A DNA stretch of 64,000 nt, taken from a virus (taxonomy: Duplodnaviria; Caudoviricetes). Below, in pieces: positions 60,713 to 64,000 of the stretch (its first letter is position 1; each line of letters starts with the position of its first letter). The stretch lies in the IMG/VR virus record IMGVR_UViG_3300028832_000114, positions 40,465-104,464 of that record; one strand, 5' to 3'. The position numbers and the translations under genes were made by a program. The notes beneath the pieces were generated by a model that did no database searches, was not told the origin of the DNA, and saw only the letters and a list, made by a program, of their open reading frames with translations.

Positions 60713-60903
60713 AACAAATTCCTCCTTTTTTCTCAAACATTATGAGGAAAAAGAAAGTAATAAAATATATAAAACATTTTACACATTTAAAAGATTAAAA
60801 CTAAATCCCTTCAAATTCATTATTTTAATGTTTTAAATAATATTTTTATATTTTATTCTTTTTCTTTCTTTAAACTCCTCCTATTATTATTATATTAAAA
60901 TTT

Positions 60904-62295
60904 TTAAAGATTATCAACATTATACGCAACAGATATATTAATTCTATGAATTTGATTTAAAATATTTTCAATACGATATTTACTACCACCATCATTCATT
61001 TCATTTGTTAAATTAGGATTTGTTAATCCTTCTGCATGGGATAATTTAAAACTCTTTTCTCGTAAAGCATCATTCATTAATATTTCTGCAGTATTGATAA
61101 CTTTTAATGTACCAGTTTTACTATCCATTAAAACAAAAACATTAGCAGTATCTGTATTGGTTTTTAACGGATTTCCTTTTACAAATGCATCATAAATTAA
61201 TTCAAAACGCACAGTTTGATCAACATCCTCTTTAAAACCATTGGCTACATGGACCGGTTGTACGGCCGCCGCATGTAAATTAATTCAATGATTAGTATAA
61301 CCAGAATCTAACATTGCCAATAAAGTATAAATAAGTCTTTGTGTTTGTAAATGAATTCCAAATTTTTTTAACCCCTCTCATTTTAAATTATAATTTTTAA
61401 CAGATGCATAAACATCTTCTCCTTTTACTTGTATTTGTACATCAACTTTATCTTGACTAGCACCGATAGAAAAAGTACCATTCTCTGTATCAACATTCTT
61501 TATAAAATTTATTTGAGAAGTGTTTAATCCTTCAAAATTATGCAAAGAGACTGTAATATCGCTCTTTTTTTCACCTTTTACAGCATCTTGTATTGCTTTT
61601 GCTGCCTCACTTTTAGATTTTTGATGAATTCCATCTGCACAACTCGCAACGAAAAATTCTCCAAATTTACCTCTAATAGCACTTTGAGTAGTATTAAAAC
61701 TATATGCTTCAATTTCATCTTGTAATTTACCTAAAGCACTTTTTAAATTTCCACTTTGATAATTTTGAAAATTTCCAAACTTTAAGCTACTATTAAAAAA
61801 ATCTTTATATAATTCTTGCAATTGTTGTGCTTTATTTTCAAAAGTATCTTGTCTCATAGTTTGATTTTCTTGAAAATATTTAATTAATTCTTTAATTTTT
61901 TGTACTTTTTGTTTTCTTTGCGTTAATTCAGCAGTTTTTTCTGTAATACCAGAAAGATTTAAAGAAGGTTGCGCAATATTACCATATAAAAATTTCTTAA
62001 TATTTTCAGTTGAAGTAGTTTCTGCTAATAAATCATATGTATAATCTAAACGTTTTTGCCTTTCAGTGTTTACTATTTGTTTATCTAAATTTTCTTGAAA
62101 ATCACTATTTTCTCGCAATCTCATTTCTAATTGACTAATAGTACTAGTAGAAATAGGTTTAACACTACCTAATCTCTTTTTTTTATAAGCTTCTAATCCC
62201 ATAATATTAAAATCTTGACCTTGTCCATATCTATTAGTTCCATATTTTAAATAGTTTTTTGTTAATAAATGAACATAATCACCTATAGCACTCAT
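60904..62295 (-). CDS. Hypothetical tail-region protein, 463 aa
   Basis: ORFs at 61378 and 60904 join through TGA; KVDVQI...SVKNY resembles a PD-(D/E)xK-like motif. Confidence 0.6.
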
Positions 62296-62322
62296 TTATA
62301 TCACCTATTTTCTCTATAAAAT

Positions 62323-62356
62323 AAAAAAGAGGAGACTATTTTTTTATAGCCTCCTC
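62323..62356 (-). terminator. Terminator after the major tail protein
   Basis: GGCTAT-AAAAA-ATAGTCTCCTC stem plus T-run. Confidence 0.65.
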
Positions 62357-62382
62357 CTTCATATTTAATTTTTATTTTTAAA

Positions 62383-63330
62383 TTAAATTGTAGAACCTGT
62401 GATTTCGCTATCTTCATCAGAATCTTCATTAGAATCGTTATTATTTGTAGGGATAGCAATTTCAGCAGTATGTTTCATAACTGAATCAATTTCTTTTGTA
62501 GCAGCTTCAGAATCTTCAACTACTTGGAATACACATAATACTTTGTGTTTGTTATCAAAATAAGTATATCCAGGGAATGCATCCATAGTGAATGTAAATG
62601 TTGAAGGATCTCCTGTAGATGCCATAGAGAATGTAAAGTTAGATTGAATTTTTACATTTGGTAATGTAATTTCTGCAGGGAAATCTTGTCCAGTAGCTTG
62701 ATCTCTAAATAATGTAGAAGCTTCAACATAATAATATCCACCAAAGTTTTCTGCATCAATTTGTAATTCAGATACATTTAATGAATTTTTAACTACATAG
62801 AAATCAACAAATACAGTTCTTCCTGTATAGTCAGTAGCTCCTTCAATTTTTTTACCATCATCAGCAACTGTTAAGTTTTCAATAATTTCTCCTGTAACAG
62901 AACCATCAGATTCAGTAACTACTACAAATACTGGAGCAGTTCCATCAATCTTTTCATTTGTTCCTAATGCATCTGTTAAATCAATTTTTCCATTTGCATC
63001 AACGTTAGCAGCTGAAGTTGTATGTACATGAACTTCTTGTCCTTCTTTTTTGAATAATCCAGCACCAGATAATACTGAGAATCCAATTGGAGATAATAAA
63101 GCATCTTCAACAGTGAAAGTTAAAGTCTTTTCACCTTCCCATGCGATTAAACGAGTATTTCCTCTACCACCTTGTGCATATACAGTAGTAGCTGCACCTT
63201 CAACAGTAGAAGTCTTTGCTGTATCAATATATAATACTGGTTGTCCAGCTTTAAAAACTGTGTTTCCAATTCTAGTGTCAGCTTTAGCTTTGAAAACTAC
63301 ATTACATATTTCTCTTACACCAAATTTCAT
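62383..63330 (-). CDS. Major tail (tube) protein
   Basis: MKFGVREIC, VYAQGGRGN.RLIAW and SMASTGDPSTFTFTMD; position upstream of the tape measure. Confidence 0.75.
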   Translation of the reverse strand: MKFGVREICNVVFKAKADTRIGNTVFKAGQPVLYIDTAKTSTVEGAATTVYAQGGRGNTRLIAWEGEKTLTFTVEDALLSPIGFSVLSGAGLFKKEGQEVHVHTTSAANVDANGKIDLTDALGTNEKIDGTAPVFVVVTESDGSVTGEIIENLTVADDGKKIEGATDYTGRTVFVDFYVVKNSLNVSELQIDAENFGGYYYVEASTLFRDQATGQDFPAEITLPNVKIQSNFTFSMASTGDPSTFTFTMDAFPGYTYFDNKHKVLCVFQVVEDSEAATKEIDSVMKHTAEIAIPTNNNDSNEDSDEDSEITGSTI

Positions 63331-63407
63331 AATTTTCCTCCTTTATAAATTTTTATTTTTTCCTTTTACCACTTAATAAGAATTGTTAAAAATTCTTATT
63401 TTGTTTA

Positions 63408-64000
63408 TTATCATTTATTATTAGAGTTTTTTAGAACTCCGTTTTCATCAACATTAGAGTGAATATCTTCCATCCAGTCGTCGACTTCTTGTAGATCCTT
63501 TGCACCAGCAAGTTGAGCTTTTAAATGCACATCTCAGCTTATTTTTAATTGATACCTTTTAAACTCATCAAATAATTGATAAGTGGTATAATTAAGCAAA
63601 GAATTCATGTCTTTATTTTCTCCTACTGCAAGAATTGAAACATATCTACTCAAAATAGCAATTTTCTGATTATCCATTCCCTTTGCGGCCGCAAGTTTAG
63701 CTTGTCGGTCACGAAGTTTATCAGCAATTTGTCTTGCCAAGCTTCCAGATGGCTTATAATCAGAACTGCCGCCACCTAAGCAAAGTATTTCATTCAAAGC
63801 TTCAATAAATTTATCATAATTATCTTTATTTAACTCAAAAGTTAAATTATCTTTCTCTTGAGTAAATATAATTTTTAGATTTTCTATATCAATTTGAATT
63901 TGATAAGTAGGAAATAATAGAGATAATACCATTTGGGCACAAGTTTTATTTATTTGTACACTTGGATTTTTTTCTCTCATTATTGACATTATTATTTCAA
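63408..64000 (-). CDS. Tail-region hypothetical protein (5' truncated by window)
   Basis: TYQLFDEFKRY..KISWD..LKAQLAGAK...DWM; ends TGA-TAA. Confidence 0.65.

Noticed and set aside
27265-62295. Apparent mass pseudogenisation of tail genes (many short ORFs)
   Set aside because: All fragments of each gene share one frame and are broken only by TGA, so this is recoding rather than decay.
6305-63376. Short opposite-strand or alternate-frame ORFs in the track (e.g. 6305-6520, 20683-20943, 41579-41902, 52562-52852, 63050-63376)
   Set aside because: They lie within well-supported genes and lack RBS or recognisable motifs; treated as shadow ORFs.
1-64000. Suppressor tRNA, release factor, other tRNA/rRNA, integrase or transposase
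   Set aside because: None was recognisable by eye. The recoding machinery, if phage-encoded, must lie outside this window; tRNAscan-SE would confirm.
1-64000. UGA as Gly (code 25) or selenocysteine
   Set aside because: TGA aligns with Trp in conserved motifs and alternates with TGG between paralogous GT domains (e.g. PPEW as TGG versus RPEW as TGA).

Overview
This window is 64 kb of a large, AT-rich tailed phage genome (about 27-30% GC by eye; siphovirus-like, probably infecting Bacillota/Firmicutes). It reads UGA as tryptophan (genetic code 4). The supplied code-11 ORF track is therefore fragmented. Re-reading TGA as Trp joins the fragments into full genes ending in TAA/TAG, including a 2,880-aa tape measure and a 1,725-aa tail protein. 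The + strand (1-27,152) carries replication genes (DnaB, primase, RecJ, RecD/Dda-like helicase, DnaE, RuvC-like), nucleotide and one-carbon metabolism (NrdDG, GlyA, Tdk, ThyX, dUTPase, phosphoesterases, peptide deformylase) and a six-gene glycosylation cluster. The - strand (27,265-64,000) carries tail, fibre and holin genes plus a six-gene uncharacterised module behind a leader-peptide/terminator element. The main leads are: (1) graded UGA use, absent from the core replisome and dense in late and glycosyltransferase genes; (2) a sugar-nucleotide/glycosyltransferase cassette with a triple-GT fusion, possibly for virion glycosylation; (3) strong enrichment of CCGC/GCGG, including six GCGGCCGC sites; (4) an attenuator-like leader with an in-frame UGA; (5) a fixed-spacing late promoter motif. 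All calls come from manual translation and motif recognition; no database search was run.
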